32,000 nucleotides of DNA from Allobaculum fili (GTDB taxonomy: Bacteria; Bacillota_I; Bacilli_A; Erysipelotrichales; Erysipelotrichaceae), in NCBI RefSeq assembly GCF_020969955.1, contig NZ_JAHDSX010000001.1, forward strand, positions 1 to 32,000. The letters run 5' to 3'. Below the pieces are notes generated by a model that worked only from the letters and a program-made list of their open reading frames with translations, was not told the origin of the DNA and searched no databases. Positions within the stretch are counted from its first letter, which is position 1. Each line of letters starts with the position of its first letter. A program made the translations under genes and the position numbers. Shown piece after piece: positions 7,994 to 17,023 of this stretch.

Positions 7994-9568
7994 ATGAGCG
8001 CCCTACAGGAAGCAAAAAAAAGCATGCTTCAATACGCGACGGCTCGCATACCGCTGGTAACTATTCATTCCATAGAAATTGCCAGAGTTTTAAACATGCT
8101 TGGAGAAGTCAGTGAAGAGAAAGAAATTCCTTATTTTGTTCATACGTCTACAAAAGGGGTTTATGACTTAAAAACCAAAAAGTCAGCGACTGACGATAAG
8201 TCTCTTTATTCTGCTTTGGAATTTATTACTGAACAAATGTCAAGACGCTCAAATTTAACCATAGTATTCACCGAGCTCCCGGATCTGAGTACAGAGAATT
8301 CGGATTCAAGGGCGTTTCTGGCTCTGGTCAATTTAGCTAATGAAACGGGCGGTCAGATTATCCTGCTGACGACCAACACGCTCTGGAATACTTTGCAGCG
8401 TCAGGGAATGCTCATTGACGTGGCCCTTCCTGACGAAGAAGAAATGTATGAAATTATCAACCGGGTTTTGAACGACTACAGGAGCTCGATTTTCGTCGAA
8501 TGGGATGACAGCGACGTGAAAGAAGCAGCAATGGCCCTGGCTGGCGTTTCGCAGGTCGAAGCAGAAAATGTTCTGGTTTCGCTGATCGCAAAACGAGAAG
8601 TTCTGAAATCCGATCTTGTGGAAATCCGGTATGCAAAAGACAAGCTTTTCTCCGATATTTCTGGTTTGGAAAAAATCGTAGTCGATCCATCGGTAAAAAA
8701 TGTCGGCGGTCTGGCTGGTCTGCAAAAATGGCTGGATGAAAAGAAGAGCCTCATGACTCCGGAAAAGAGGGAGTTCTTACGGGCGATGGGACTTCAGCCG
8801 CCTAGAGGAATTCTTCTGGTCGGAGTACCCGGATGCGGAAAATCACTGTCCGCAAAATCGATTTCCGCAAACTGGGAATTGCCTTTATACCGGCTCGATT
8901 TTGCGACTGTGCAGGGAAGCTATGTCGGCCAGACCGAACAGCAGTTAAAAGATGCGCTGACAACCGCAGAAAACGTAGCGCCGTGCATTTTGTGGATCGA
9001 TGAAATCGAAAAAGGATTATCCGGTGCAACAGGCCCGTCTGGAGACGGCGGGGTTTCCACGCGTATGGTCGGACAGTTTTTGTTCTGGCTTCAGGAATGC
9101 AAGAAACCAGTATTTGTAGTAGCCACAGCCAATGACGTCAGTATGCTCCCCAGTGAACTTCTGCGCCGGGGCCGATTTGACGAGCTTTTTTTTGTGGATC
9201 TTCCTACGGCAGATGAGCGGCGTGATATCCTGACGCTTTACATGAGAAAGTACTTGAGAGTGAACTTTACCGGAAAATTTGCTGACCAGATTGTGGATAT
9301 CACCGATGGATTTACAGGAGCCGATCTGGAATCCACAGTTCGAGATCTCGCTTATCGCAAACTCGCAAATTCCGAGTTCCGTCTGGATGCGAAAAATATC
9401 GTAGAAGCTTTTGAAAATGTAGTTCCGCTTTCTCAGACCAGTCCGGAAAAAATTGAAGCTATACGAAACTGGGGAAAAGAAAAAGCGGTTCCTGCATCCG
9501 GAAAACCAATCGGCGACTCTGTACTGAGCGAGAAAAAAGGCGAGCGCCGCCGTAAAGTGCTGATCTAA
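7994..9568 (+). CDS. Cassette gene D: classic-clade AAA+ ATPase, Ycf46-like architecture (degenerate N-terminal domain plus one active AAA module)
   Basis: ATG 7994 preceded by gaaaggaag; the track start at 7973 is a TTG overlapping the stop of C. Walker A GVPGCGKS (about 8822-8845), Walker [10 protein letters not shown] (about 8986-9009), sensor-1 VVATAN, second region of homology/arginine fingers LLRRGRFDE. The N-terminal ~270 aa lack a P-loop. Confidence 0.9.
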   Translation: MSALQEAKKSMLQYATARIPLVTIHSIEIARVLNMLGEVSEEKEIPYFVHTSTKGVYDLKTKKSATDDKSLYSALEFITEQMSRRSNLTIVFTELPDLSTENSDSRAFLALVNLANETGGQIILLTTNTLWNTLQRQGMLIDVALPDEEEMYEIINRVLNDYRSSIFVEWDDSDVKEAAMALAGVSQVEAENVLVSLIAKREVLKSDLVEIRYAKDKLFSDISGLEKIVVDPSVKNVGGLAGLQKWLDEKKSLMTPEKREFLRAMGLQPPRGILLVGVPGCGKSLSAKSISANWELPLYRLDFATVQGSYVGQTEQQLKDALTTAENVAPCILWIDEIEKGLSGATGPSGDGGVSTRMVGQFLFWLQECKKPVFVVATANDVSMLPSELLRRGRFDELFFVDLPTADERRDILTLYMRKYLRVNFTGKFADQIVDITDGFTGADLESTVRDLAYRKLANSEFRLDAKNIVEAFENVVPLSQTSPEKIEAIRNWGKEKAVPASGKPIGDSVLSEKKGERRRKVLI

Positions 9569-9741
9569 GTGCTTATTTTCTGACGGAAAAGACAGGAAAC
9601 GCTTTTACCCGGATCGATCCATGGAGCTGCTGCGATCGGGCTGAATTTGTAAGCCTTCCTGGACAGCCGATGCAAAGTCATGCAGAAGCAGAGAATGCAA
9701 TTGAAGAGAGTGCAATAAAAGGTGAATGGAGGAGAGTTGCT

Positions 9742-10221
9742 GTGCCAATTCCAATGCTGAAGAAGCCGCAGGAGCAGGCGAAAACAACCTTATCTGCCTC
9801 GAAACCGAAGAGCAGAACAAAAACACAGTTTGACATGGCCCAGCGGGAAAGACTGCTGCGAAAAAAGCGCTCCAGTGAATATATGAATTTGATTCACAAA
9901 CTGGACGCCGGCGGACATGTTCATAACCGTCATCAGTTAGAAGAAATTCTGAACCAGATCAATGCCGAACTTCCGGATATTGAGCTGGAAGGCTACATGC
10001 TGGGCATTGTCAGCAAGTGCTATTTAGGGGTTCCTTATGAAGTCCATTCTCTCGACTATGCGGGAGGAATTATCACCCACTACAAAAGAAATGAGCCTCT
10101 TCCAAATGGAATGGAAAAAGCCAGGTCGCTGGCTATGCGGGGGGGCTACCAATTCATCGAAGTCTATACCGATAAGATGTGCTGCGTGGACGCCTCTGGC
10201 AGAGTTTCGATTGTGCAGTAA
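9742..10221 (+). CDS. Cassette gene E: 159-aa basic-N-terminus soluble protein, unknown family
   Basis: Strong SD ggaggag (9728-9734) 7 nt upstream of GTG 9742; the next in-frame ATG is at 9754 and the track start at 9670 has no SD. K/R/S-rich N-terminal ~40 aa, then a compact domain (GYMLGIVSKCYLGVPYEVHSLDYAGGIITHYKRNEPLPNGMEKARSLAMRGGYQFIEVY). Confidence 0.65.
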   Translation: MPIPMLKKPQEQAKTTLSASKPKSRTKTQFDMAQRERLLRKKRSSEYMNLIHKLDAGGHVHNRHQLEEILNQINAELPDIELEGYMLGIVSKCYLGVPYEVHSLDYAGGIITHYKRNEPLPNGMEKARSLAMRGGYQFIEVYTDKMCCVDASGRVSIVQ

Positions 10222-10262
10222 AGCCGGGTCAGCCAGAATGTACAGCTGGAAATGAGGAGATT

Positions 10263-11030
10263 ATGGACATTATTTTGACTGTGATCGTTATGGTTCTCGC
10301 ACTCGTCTTTCTGAACGCACTGTTTTTTAAAATGGCGGGTTCCGATGATTACGGGTTCGACAAAGTAATTGAAGGCTTGATTGCAGTGATGATTCTTTAC
10401 CTGGTGATCATTGCCTGCTTTGGGGATTTCATCAATATTAAAGGATTGCCTTTCGTGGATCAGCTGGAAAATTTCGCGGGGATTCACGATATTTATGCGA
10501 ATGACAAGACCCTGTTTTTCACAGAATGTGCAGAACTGGTTTGCCTTCTGTTTGTAATTTCGCTCATTTCACAGTACATCCCCAAAACTGGAGGAAATGG
10601 TTTAGGCGGCAAAATTATTGTTGGAATTCTCACGCTTGGATGCGGGGTAATTCTGAATAACTATCTGGTCACCTGGAGCAAGAGCAACAGCACATGGGAA
10701 ATTCTGCTTAAAGCCGTGCAGTGCGCGATAGCCGGAACGGCGGTTCTGAATATTCCTGTATCTCTGGTGGCTCATTTTATGGGGACGAGTTCAGAGGATT
10801 CCTTTGCTTCCTTTATCGCAAATCATCTGTCGAAAACAAAAGTATCCAAAGCATTAACCGCTTCCGTTACGAATGCGGCAGTGCTGACGGGCGGACTGAT
10901 GGTTCTTGAAAATCAGATGGGAAGCTTAAATGGACTGCTGGCTTCTGCTCCCGCCCTTCTTGAGCTGGGCGGAACGATCGTTCTTATGATTGTCGGAATT
11001 CGCTTAATGATTAAATCGATTTCCCGATAA
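10263..11030 (+). CDS. Cassette gene F: 255-aa polytopic membrane protein (about 6-7 TM helices), unknown family
   Basis: SD gaggag 4 nt upstream of ATG 10263. Successive hydrophobic segments (DIILTVIVMVLALVFLNALFF; LIAVMILYLVIIACFGDFI; AELVCLLFVISLISQYI; IIVGILTLGCGVILNNYLV; AVQCAIAGTAVLNIPVSLVAHF; AAVLTGGLMVL; LELGGTIVLMIVGIRLMI). Confidence 0.8.
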   Translation: MDIILTVIVMVLALVFLNALFFKMAGSDDYGFDKVIEGLIAVMILYLVIIACFGDFINIKGLPFVDQLENFAGIHDIYANDKTLFFTECAELVCLLFVISLISQYIPKTGGNGLGGKIIVGILTLGCGVILNNYLVTWSKSNSTWEILLKAVQCAIAGTAVLNIPVSLVAHFMGTSSEDSFASFIANHLSKTKVSKALTASVTNAAVLTGGLMVLENQMGSLNGLLASAPALLELGGTIVLMIVGIRLMIKSISR

Positions 11031-11062
11031 TTCAGCACAATTGAGCTTTATCTTTCGAGAAA

Positions 11063-11097
11063 AACGGATTCATCATCAGGAATGGATCCGTTTTTTT
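11063..11097 (+). terminator. Strong intrinsic terminator closing the six-gene cassette
   Basis: Stem aaaacggat(tcat) / (atgg)atccgtttt with an 8-nt loop and a T7 run (11091-11097), 33 nt after the stop of F. Confidence 0.85.
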
Positions 11098-11187
11098 GTG
11101 CGTTCAGCCTGCCGTTCTGCCGTATAGAAAGATAGTCGGATCCGACGGATTCAAAACAAAACGGCTTCAAAGAGGAAAAAAAACAAT

Positions 11188-11455
11188 ATTGAAGGACAGT
11201 CTTTCGTATATCTGGATATGAAGTGGCTGAAGAAAATGAGCGGACCGTTCTGTCTTTGTGCTCTGCTGCTCTTGTCGTCTTCGGGAAGACTTTCTCTGAT
11301 GCCGTTAGAGAAGCAGGCGCCCGATACGATTGAAGCGGAAATCAAAGGCGAAGTCGTCGCTCCGGATGTTTACACGATCAAAAATGGGGCGACGATTCAG
11401 GATCTGATTGCAGAAGCGGGCGGGAAAACCGAAGGCGCGGATCTTTCCCGCGTTT
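11188..11455 (+). repeat. Right copy of the 268-bp diverged direct repeat (upstream region and 5' end of intact comEA)
   Basis: See the left copy at 4626-4893: about 221/268 identical by hand alignment, with no gaps. Confidence 0.9.
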
Positions 11456-11712
11456 CCCTTCAGGAAGAAGTGAAAGCGCATGAAGTGATTGTGATCGCCA
11501 AAAAGAAAGCCGATCCCCAGGCGCAGCCGATTCGAATCACCATGGCAAGCAAGGAAGAACTGATGACTTTGCCGGGGATCGGCGAATCGACGGCGCAGAA
11601 AATTCTGGCGTATCGCGAAGAACATGGCTTTTTCAAACTGGAAGATCTGATGGAAGTGCCTGGCATTGGCGAAAAGAAGTTTGAAAAGCTGAAGGATCGA
11701 ATCGCGCTGTGA
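11218..11712 (+). CDS. comEA: ComEA DNA receptor (competence protein), first gene of comEA-comEC
   Basis: 164 aa with an N-terminal anchor, 'TIQDLIAEAGG', and tandem HhH motifs (LMTLPGIGESTAQKILAYRE...LMEVPGIGEKKFEKLKDRIAL). Its stop overlaps the comEC start (GTGA). Confidence 0.9.
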   Translation: MKWLKKMSGPFCLCALLLLSSSGRLSLMPLEKQAPDTIEAEIKGEVVAPDVYTIKNGATIQDLIAEAGGKTEGADLSRVSLQEEVKAHEVIVIAKKKADPQAQPIRITMASKEELMTLPGIGESTAQKILAYREEHGFFKLEDLMEVPGIGEKKFEKLKDRIAL

Positions 11713-13883
11713 GAAAACGGACACGCGCGCAGACAGTCGATCCAGCGGCTGCGGCTTTATCGGCCCGCTCAAATCGAGGACAGAGCCGCTGGAAAAATGG
11801 GTGGGAAAAAGGGAAAGCCTGGGCGAATGCACCAAAAGGCAAGGATGATGCGCCGTGGCTATGCCTGGCGATCGCTTTCTGGCTGATTTTATGGATTGAT
11901 CGATTCTGGCTCTGCGTGGCTGCCATTCTGGCAGGGGCCTTATGGCTGAACTGGCGATTTCGTCACGGCTGGCCTGTCCTGGTGTGGATTGGACTGGGCG
12001 CTTTCGCGATCGGTGTTCTCATGGGATCAGCCGCGGCTTCCCGGCGCGTGCCGCAGGAGGGAGAATACCGGATTTGTGAAATTCGATCCGGCTATGCGAT
12101 GGCTTCGAATAAACGGGATTCGGTAATCGTTTATGAACCGGAATCCTTCATTCTGGATCAGACCGTGTTTCTTTCGGATTTTGAACGCATCCATTCGGCG
12201 GACAATATCGGTCTGTTCAGCTTTGGCCGCTACGTGGCGCAAAAGGGGATTTACTACAGCGCAGCCCCTCCAAAGGACGATCAGAATACTCCACAGGCGC
12301 AGAATCTGGCTCATCCAGAAAAAGCCAGACGACAGGAACCGGAAACGATAAAAGCCAGAGTCTGGCGCTTTGTAAATTCGAGACGAGCTGCGTCGCTGTA
12401 TCGCCTGCTGATTTACGGGATAAACGACAAAGACGAACTGGACTGGATCGGGACGCTCGGACTGCCGCTGATGGGATTGCTGGGGGTAATAAAAAAGCGG
12501 CTGTCGAGAAGACTGTATAAACCGCAGGTCAGTCTGGCGGTGTTTGGAATTCTTGGCGGATTTGCGCTGATCGTTCCGGTTTCGATTTCCGTGATGCGCA
12601 TGGCGGTATTTCTGATCGCTTCAACGCTCTTTGAAAATCGGGCTAAACGCCTGTCCTTTTCTATTCTGACTATGCTTCTGATCTGTCCGCAGTCTGCACG
12701 AAGCATGAGTCTGGTTTTGCCGGGCGCCATTTTGTTTTTTACGCGGTTTGTAGAAGGGAGCGGTCCAAAGCGCTTTGTTTCTTCCTGTGTCTGCATTCTT
12801 TGCCAGATCGCCTTTACGGGCAAGGTCAATTTGTTTTTCCTGCTGGCCTTTACGTGGCTGAGGCAGCTCTTCGGGTGGCTTTTCCTGCTGAGTCTGCTCG
12901 GTCTGTTCTGGGAAGAGTGGGGCACGGTTCTGGAGAAGGGCCTGTCGTCTCTGGATGTTTCGTTTGAAGCCTTCGATCTGCATGGAATGGCACCGCTCTG
13001 GTATTTCGTGCTGCTCTGCATGGTGCTGATGGCGATCTGCTGGAAATGGAGCAAGGGCAGAGCACTGCTTTGTCTGGTGCTCTTTGGCCTTTATCCGGCA
13101 ATATGGCATTTTGATCCTTTTTATCACGTGTATATGCTTTCCGTTGGACAGGGAGACGCCACTGTCCTGGTGGAGCCTTTCATGAAAAGCGTTGTTATGA
13201 TCGATGCCGCCGGGCGATTTAATCATGACAATGCCTCCGAGCTGTTTATCCCGTTTTTTCAAAGCCGCCAGATTTCTCAGCTCGACGCGCTGATCGTAAC
13301 GCATGGCGACTTTGACCATAACGGAGCGGCGGCTTCGCTTTGCGAACAGTTTTCCGTAAAGAAGAAGATCGAGGAAAGCGGCCAGATCGTTCCGGTCGAC
13401 TATCCATTCGAACTGCTGCTGCCGCAGCGACAGGCCGATCCCGACGACGAAAACGATCAGAGCCTGATCAGCCGCTTCGCCTTCGACGGCTTTTTCTATC
13501 TTTGGACGGGCGATGCTTCGACAGCGATCGAAGAGCAGCTGCTCGATCGGTATGTCCTGTCTTCGGACGTGCTGAAACTTGGTCATCACGGCTCTTCGAC
13601 GAGTTCTTCCTGGGACTTCATAAAAGAATGCGATCCCCAGCTGGCTCTGATTTCCGCCGGCTATAAAAACCGGTACGGGCATCCGTCCAATGAAGTACTT
13701 TTGCGCCTGAGCGAACTGGGCATTGATCGTCTGAATACCGCGGATCATGGCATGGTCCATCTGCAGAGTTTTCACGGCTGCATGAAAATTGAAACCGCCG
13801 ATGGCCTGACGGCCTGGATCGGGAACAAAAAAGAAAAGGCAGCCTTGCCAAAACAGGAGACTGCCAGAGAAACAGATTCTTAG
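11709..13883 (+). CDS. comEC: ComEC/Rec2 DNA internalisation channel with C-terminal metallo-beta-lactamase domain
   Basis: 724 aa from GTG 11709; the start is uncertain, and the first in-frame ATG lies after the first TM helices. Many TM segments. C-terminal MBL motifs HVYMLSVGQGDATVLV, THGDFDHNG, LKLGHHGSSTSS. Confidence 0.9.
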   Translation: MRKRTRAQTVDPAAAALSARSNRGQSRWKNGWEKGKAWANAPKGKDDAPWLCLAIAFWLILWIDRFWLCVAAILAGALWLNWRFRHGWPVLVWIGLGAFAIGVLMGSAAASRRVPQEGEYRICEIRSGYAMASNKRDSVIVYEPESFILDQTVFLSDFERIHSADNIGLFSFGRYVAQKGIYYSAAPPKDDQNTPQAQNLAHPEKARRQEPETIKARVWRFVNSRRAASLYRLLIYGINDKDELDWIGTLGLPLMGLLGVIKKRLSRRLYKPQVSLAVFGILGGFALIVPVSISVMRMAVFLIASTLFENRAKRLSFSILTMLLICPQSARSMSLVLPGAILFFTRFVEGSGPKRFVSSCVCILCQIAFTGKVNLFFLLAFTWLRQLFGWLFLLSLLGLFWEEWGTVLEKGLSSLDVSFEAFDLHGMAPLWYFVLLCMVLMAICWKWSKGRALLCLVLFGLYPAIWHFDPFYHVYMLSVGQGDATVLVEPFMKSVVMIDAAGRFNHDNASELFIPFFQSRQISQLDALIVTHGDFDHNGAAASLCEQFSVKKKIEESGQIVPVDYPFELLLPQRQADPDDENDQSLISRFAFDGFFYLWTGDASTAIEEQLLDRYVLSSDVLKLGHHGSSTSSSWDFIKECDPQLALISAGYKNRYGHPSNEVLLRLSELGIDRLNTADHGMVHLQSFHGCMKIETADGLTAWIGNKKEKAALPKQETARETDS

Positions 13884-13894
13884 AGTTTGCGGTT

Positions 13895-14905
13895 TTACTG
13901 CGGATTGGAGAAAGCCCAAAGCTCGGAACACTCGCTAAGAACCGCATCGATGTCCCAGAGCGTATCGCTGTGACGGATGGAATTGGGGTCGTTGATGCGA
14001 AGCTGTCCATTTCCCAGACCGGTCGCCACGATGAAATGACCCGTTCGGGTAAATGTGCCCGGAAGCATGTGCAAAATAACAGGCTTGCCGGCTTCCAGCG
14101 CCTGCCGCAGCGCGTTCGTATCTACCGGCAGCGTTTCACGGTTCAGATCCAGCGCATCAGCGGCTTCGGGAAAGAAGGCGGAGGAGGTGCCCATTCCGGG
14201 ATAGTAATCGCCAAGCGCAACATCCAGATCGGCTAGAACCCGCGGCGTCAGGGTCGGATCCTGTTTGAGCCAGGAAGCGACCATCGACAGGCACGTCGGG
14301 CCGCATCCGCCCACCCAGATCATGGTATCGGCCAGCGGTTGCCAGCCCCAGCGTACGTCCCACTGTAAAAGGCGCGGGACGCTCTTCAGACTTTCCTGAA
14401 GGGAAGAGACAGGGGTCTGATACTGTGCGTCTGCCGATTGCGGCCAGGTTCGAATGAAATCGTATCGATCCGGATCGCGAAGGAAAAAGGCGAGAAGCGC
14501 ATCGGTGTACTGATCGGCGTCCAGAAAGAGAGCGTAGGCTTTCTGCTGATCGGGCCCAGGGGTTAAGGCCGCTTCCTTGAGCGCGTAAAACGTTTCGTCG
14601 CTAATCTGCTCCGGCTTTTCGCGCTGGTTAATTTTTTCTTCGTCCGGTTGCGTGCTCTTTTCCACGGTAGCCCGCAGATGTACAGCCATCGTGGAAAGTG
14701 TATCCGAAAGAACGGTCCGGCTGGCCGAATTCTCTGCCTGCTTTTTTGCACTTGTTTTGGCCTGCAGTGCGCAAAAGCCAAAACTGCTCAGGCTGACCGC
14801 CGCAATCAGAAGGGGCATCGCCAGTGTCATCCCGGTTCTGGATGCAGGCTTCGAAACCGTCTGCCTGGTTTTTAAAGAATTGTATTCTGCGTTTTCCGGC
14901 TTCAT
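13895..14905 (-). CDS. Membrane-anchored C39-like (papain-fold, YvpB-type) cysteine peptidase
   Basis: SD aaaggaga upstream of ATG 14905; the track ORF extends to 14953. TM anchor MTLAMPLLIAAVSLSSFGFCAL. 'QWDVRWGW...WVGGCGPTCLSMVASWL' catalytic Cys context and 'GHFIVATG' His context. Confidence 0.8.
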   Translation of the reverse strand: MKPENAEYNSLKTRQTVSKPASRTGMTLAMPLLIAAVSLSSFGFCALQAKTSAKKQAENSASRTVLSDTLSTMAVHLRATVEKSTQPDEEKINQREKPEQISDETFYALKEAALTPGPDQQKAYALFLDADQYTDALLAFFLRDPDRYDFIRTWPQSADAQYQTPVSSLQESLKSVPRLLQWDVRWGWQPLADTMIWVGGCGPTCLSMVASWLKQDPTLTPRVLADLDVALGDYYPGMGTSSAFFPEAADALDLNRETLPVDTNALRQALEAGKPVILHMLPGTFTRTGHFIVATGLGNGQLRINDPNSIRHSDTLWDIDAVLSECSELWAFSNPQ

Positions 14906-15073
14906 AAAAATTCTCCTTTTCGTTTTTAAATAGGATTTCTGTCTTTCGGTCAAATCATATTGATCCTCCCTGCAGAGTCCGGTCGGTTCAGAACAGGATG
15001 GCAGCCTGCAAAAAAACAGAGGCAGACGAATCGGCCTCTGTTCGTAATCAAGTACAGCTTTGCGGCTTCGGGT

Positions 15074-17023
15074 TTAAGCCTGCTTTTCGGAATCCTCGTC
15101 CTTATGAAGAATTTCCGTGAATTCTTCGCCGGTGATCGTTTCTTTTTCGTACAGATACTTGGCCAGTTCATGAAGTTTCATGACGTGGTCATTCAGGATC
15201 TGGTACGCCTCTTTGTAGGCTTTGTTGATCAGTTCGATCACTTCGCGGTCAATGGCTGCGGAAGTGTCAGAAGAGCAGGCGAGCGAAGTGTCGCCGCCAA
15301 GGTACTGGTTGTTGACCGTTTCAAGAGCGGTCATGCCAAACTGATCGGACATGCCCAGACGGGTGATCATCATGCGGGCCGTCTTGGTCGCCATTTCGAT
15401 ATCGTTGCTGGCGCCGGACGTGATGGAGTGGAAGATCAGATCTTCCGCGGCACGGCCGCCGCAGTACGTAACGATGCGGGAATACAGCTCGTCTTTGGTC
15501 AGCAGGTTGTTTTCTTCTTCATCCACCTGCATCGTGTAGCCGAGAGCGCCTTTGGTTCGCGGAATGATGGTGATCTTGTGAACCGGTGCGGCATCGGTGC
15601 AGTAGGCGGAAACCAGCGCGTGACCGATTTCGTGGTAGGCGACAATCATGCGTTCGCGCGGAGAAATAACTTTGTTTTTCTTCTGTTCGCCGGCAATGAC
15701 GATTTCAATGGCTTCTTCCATATCGCGCTGGGTCACCTGCTTGCGTCCGTCGCGGACGGCGAGCAGAGCGCCTTCGTTAACGATGTTGGCCAGGTCGGCA
15801 CCGGACGTACCGGCGGAAGCGCGGGCGATCATGTTGTAGTCGATATTCGGGGAGGTCTTGACGTTTTTGGCGTGAAGCATGAGGATTTCGCGACGGCCTT
15901 CAAGATCCGGCAGTTCAACCGGAATGCGGCGGTCGAAACGTCCCGGACGGGTCAGCGCCGGGTCAAGCGATTCCGGACGGTTGGTGGCTGCCAGAAGGAC
16001 GATGCCCTTCGAGCCGTCAAAGCCGTCCATTTCCGCGAGCAGCTGGTTGAGCGTCTGTTCGCGTTCGTCGTTTCCGTTGAATCCGGAACCGTCACGCTTT
16101 TTACCGATCGTATCGATCTCGTCGATAAAGATAATGCAGGGCGCGTGCTTTCTCGCTTCCTTGAACAGGTCGCGAACGCGGGCAGCACCGCGGCCGACAA
16201 ACATTTCCACGAATTCCGAACCGGCAATGAAGTAGAACGGAACGCCGGCTTCACCGGCTACCGCACGGGCCAGCAGCGTTTTACCAGTTCCCGGAGGGCC
16301 GACTAACAGCGCGCCTTTTGGCATTTTCGCACCGATTTCGGTGTACTTTTTCGGTTCGTTCAGGAAGTCGACCATTTCCTGCAGGTTCTGCTTGGCTTCA
16401 TCCTGGCCGGCAACGTCCTTGAACGTCGTGTGGGTCATTTCGCCTTTATAGACTTTGGCATTGGATTTTCCCATGCCCATGCCCATATTGCCGAATCCGC
16501 CAAACGGGAATCCGCCACCGGAGCCGCCGTCATCATCGCCGTCGTCATCCGATGGATTGGTGAACTTGAAATCCGCGGATCCGGAAGACATTCTCTTTCG
16601 CATGGAGCGGAAGAGCCACCAGACCATGCCCCAGATGAGAATCCAGGGAAGCAGGGAAATCAGAACGCTTACGAAGACGTTGTTTTCCCGCTGCGGAATT
16701 TCTTCAAACTTCACATCCCCTTCGATCATGCGGTCCACCAGACCGGGATCGTTGATGAGGGTTGTGGTGTAGACTTTGTTTTCGTCGCCTTTCAGCGTAT
16801 AACGGGCGGTATCGCCGCTGATCTGAACTTCATCCACTTTTTTGTCCGTAACTTCCGAAACAAACTGAGAATAAGGCACAGCCGAAGAAGAACGGTTAAA
16901 AACTGTGGAGGGAAAAAGCAGAAGGCAGAAAACAATGATCATCGCAAAGGTGAGGATCAGATATTTCAGGTTCTTTCTGGCGGGCTTTTTCGATCCGCCA
17001 TTTTTGTTTTGAGAAAAGTTCAT
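15074..17023 (-). CDS. ftsH: ATP-dependent zinc metalloprotease FtsH
   Basis: 649 aa with two N-terminal TM helices. Walker A GPPGTGKT, Walker [20 protein letters not shown], zinc site HEIGHAL. SD ggagg upstream of the ATG. Confidence 0.97.
   Translation of the reverse strand: MNFSQNKNGGSKKPARKNLKYLILTFAMIIVFCLLLFPSTVFNRSSSAVPYSQFVSEVTDKKVDEVQISGDTARYTLKGDENKVYTTTLINDPGLVDRMIEGDVKFEEIPQRENNVFVSVLISLLPWILIWGMVWWLFRSMRKRMSSGSADFKFTNPSDDDGDDDGGSGGGFPFGGFGNMGMGMGKSNAKVYKGEMTHTTFKDVAGQDEAKQNLQEMVDFLNEPKKYTEIGAKMPKGALLVGPPGTGKTLLARAVAGEAGVPFYFIAGSEFVEMFVGRGAARVRDLFKEARKHAPCIIFIDEIDTIGKKRDGSGFNGNDEREQTLNQLLAEMDGFDGSKGIVLLAATNRPESLDPALTRPGRFDRRIPVELPDLEGRREILMLHAKNVKTSPNIDYNMIARASAGTSGADLANIVNEGALLAVRDGRKQVTQRDMEEAIEIVIAGEQKKNKVISPRERMIVAYHEIGHALVSAYCTDAAPVHKITIIPRTKGALGYTMQVDEEENNLLTKDELYSRIVTYCGGRAAEDLIFHSITSGASNDIEMATKTARMMITRLGMSDQFGMTALETVNNQYLGGDTSLACSSDTSAAIDREVIELINKAYKEAYQILNDHVMKLHELAKYLYEKETITGEEFTEILHKDEDSEKQA

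Noticed and set aside
9670-9741. Upstream ATG (9670) for cassette gene E, and the minus-strand ORF 9605-9826
   Set aside because: There is no SD at 9670, whereas ggaggag sits 7 nt before GTG 9742. The minus-strand ORF is low-complexity (S/L/A-rich) with no support.
11135-11146. 12-bp perfect palindrome gtcggatccgac near the right end of the insert as an att or recombination site
   Set aside because: I found no matching sequence near the left junction (4894-4960). A single short palindrome containing a BamHI site is not evidence on its own.
12621-13931. 436-aa minus-strand ORF (and 12413-13054) antisense to comEC
   Set aside because: It is R/G/Q/P-rich and junk-like, with no SD and no motifs. 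The plus strand encodes an unmistakable ComEC. This is the typical shadow ORF of a G+C-rich gene.
14960-16306. 448-aa plus-strand ORF antisense to ftsH
   Set aside because: The sequence is low-complexity (V/G/R/F-rich), while the opposite strand encodes a complete FtsH with all motifs.
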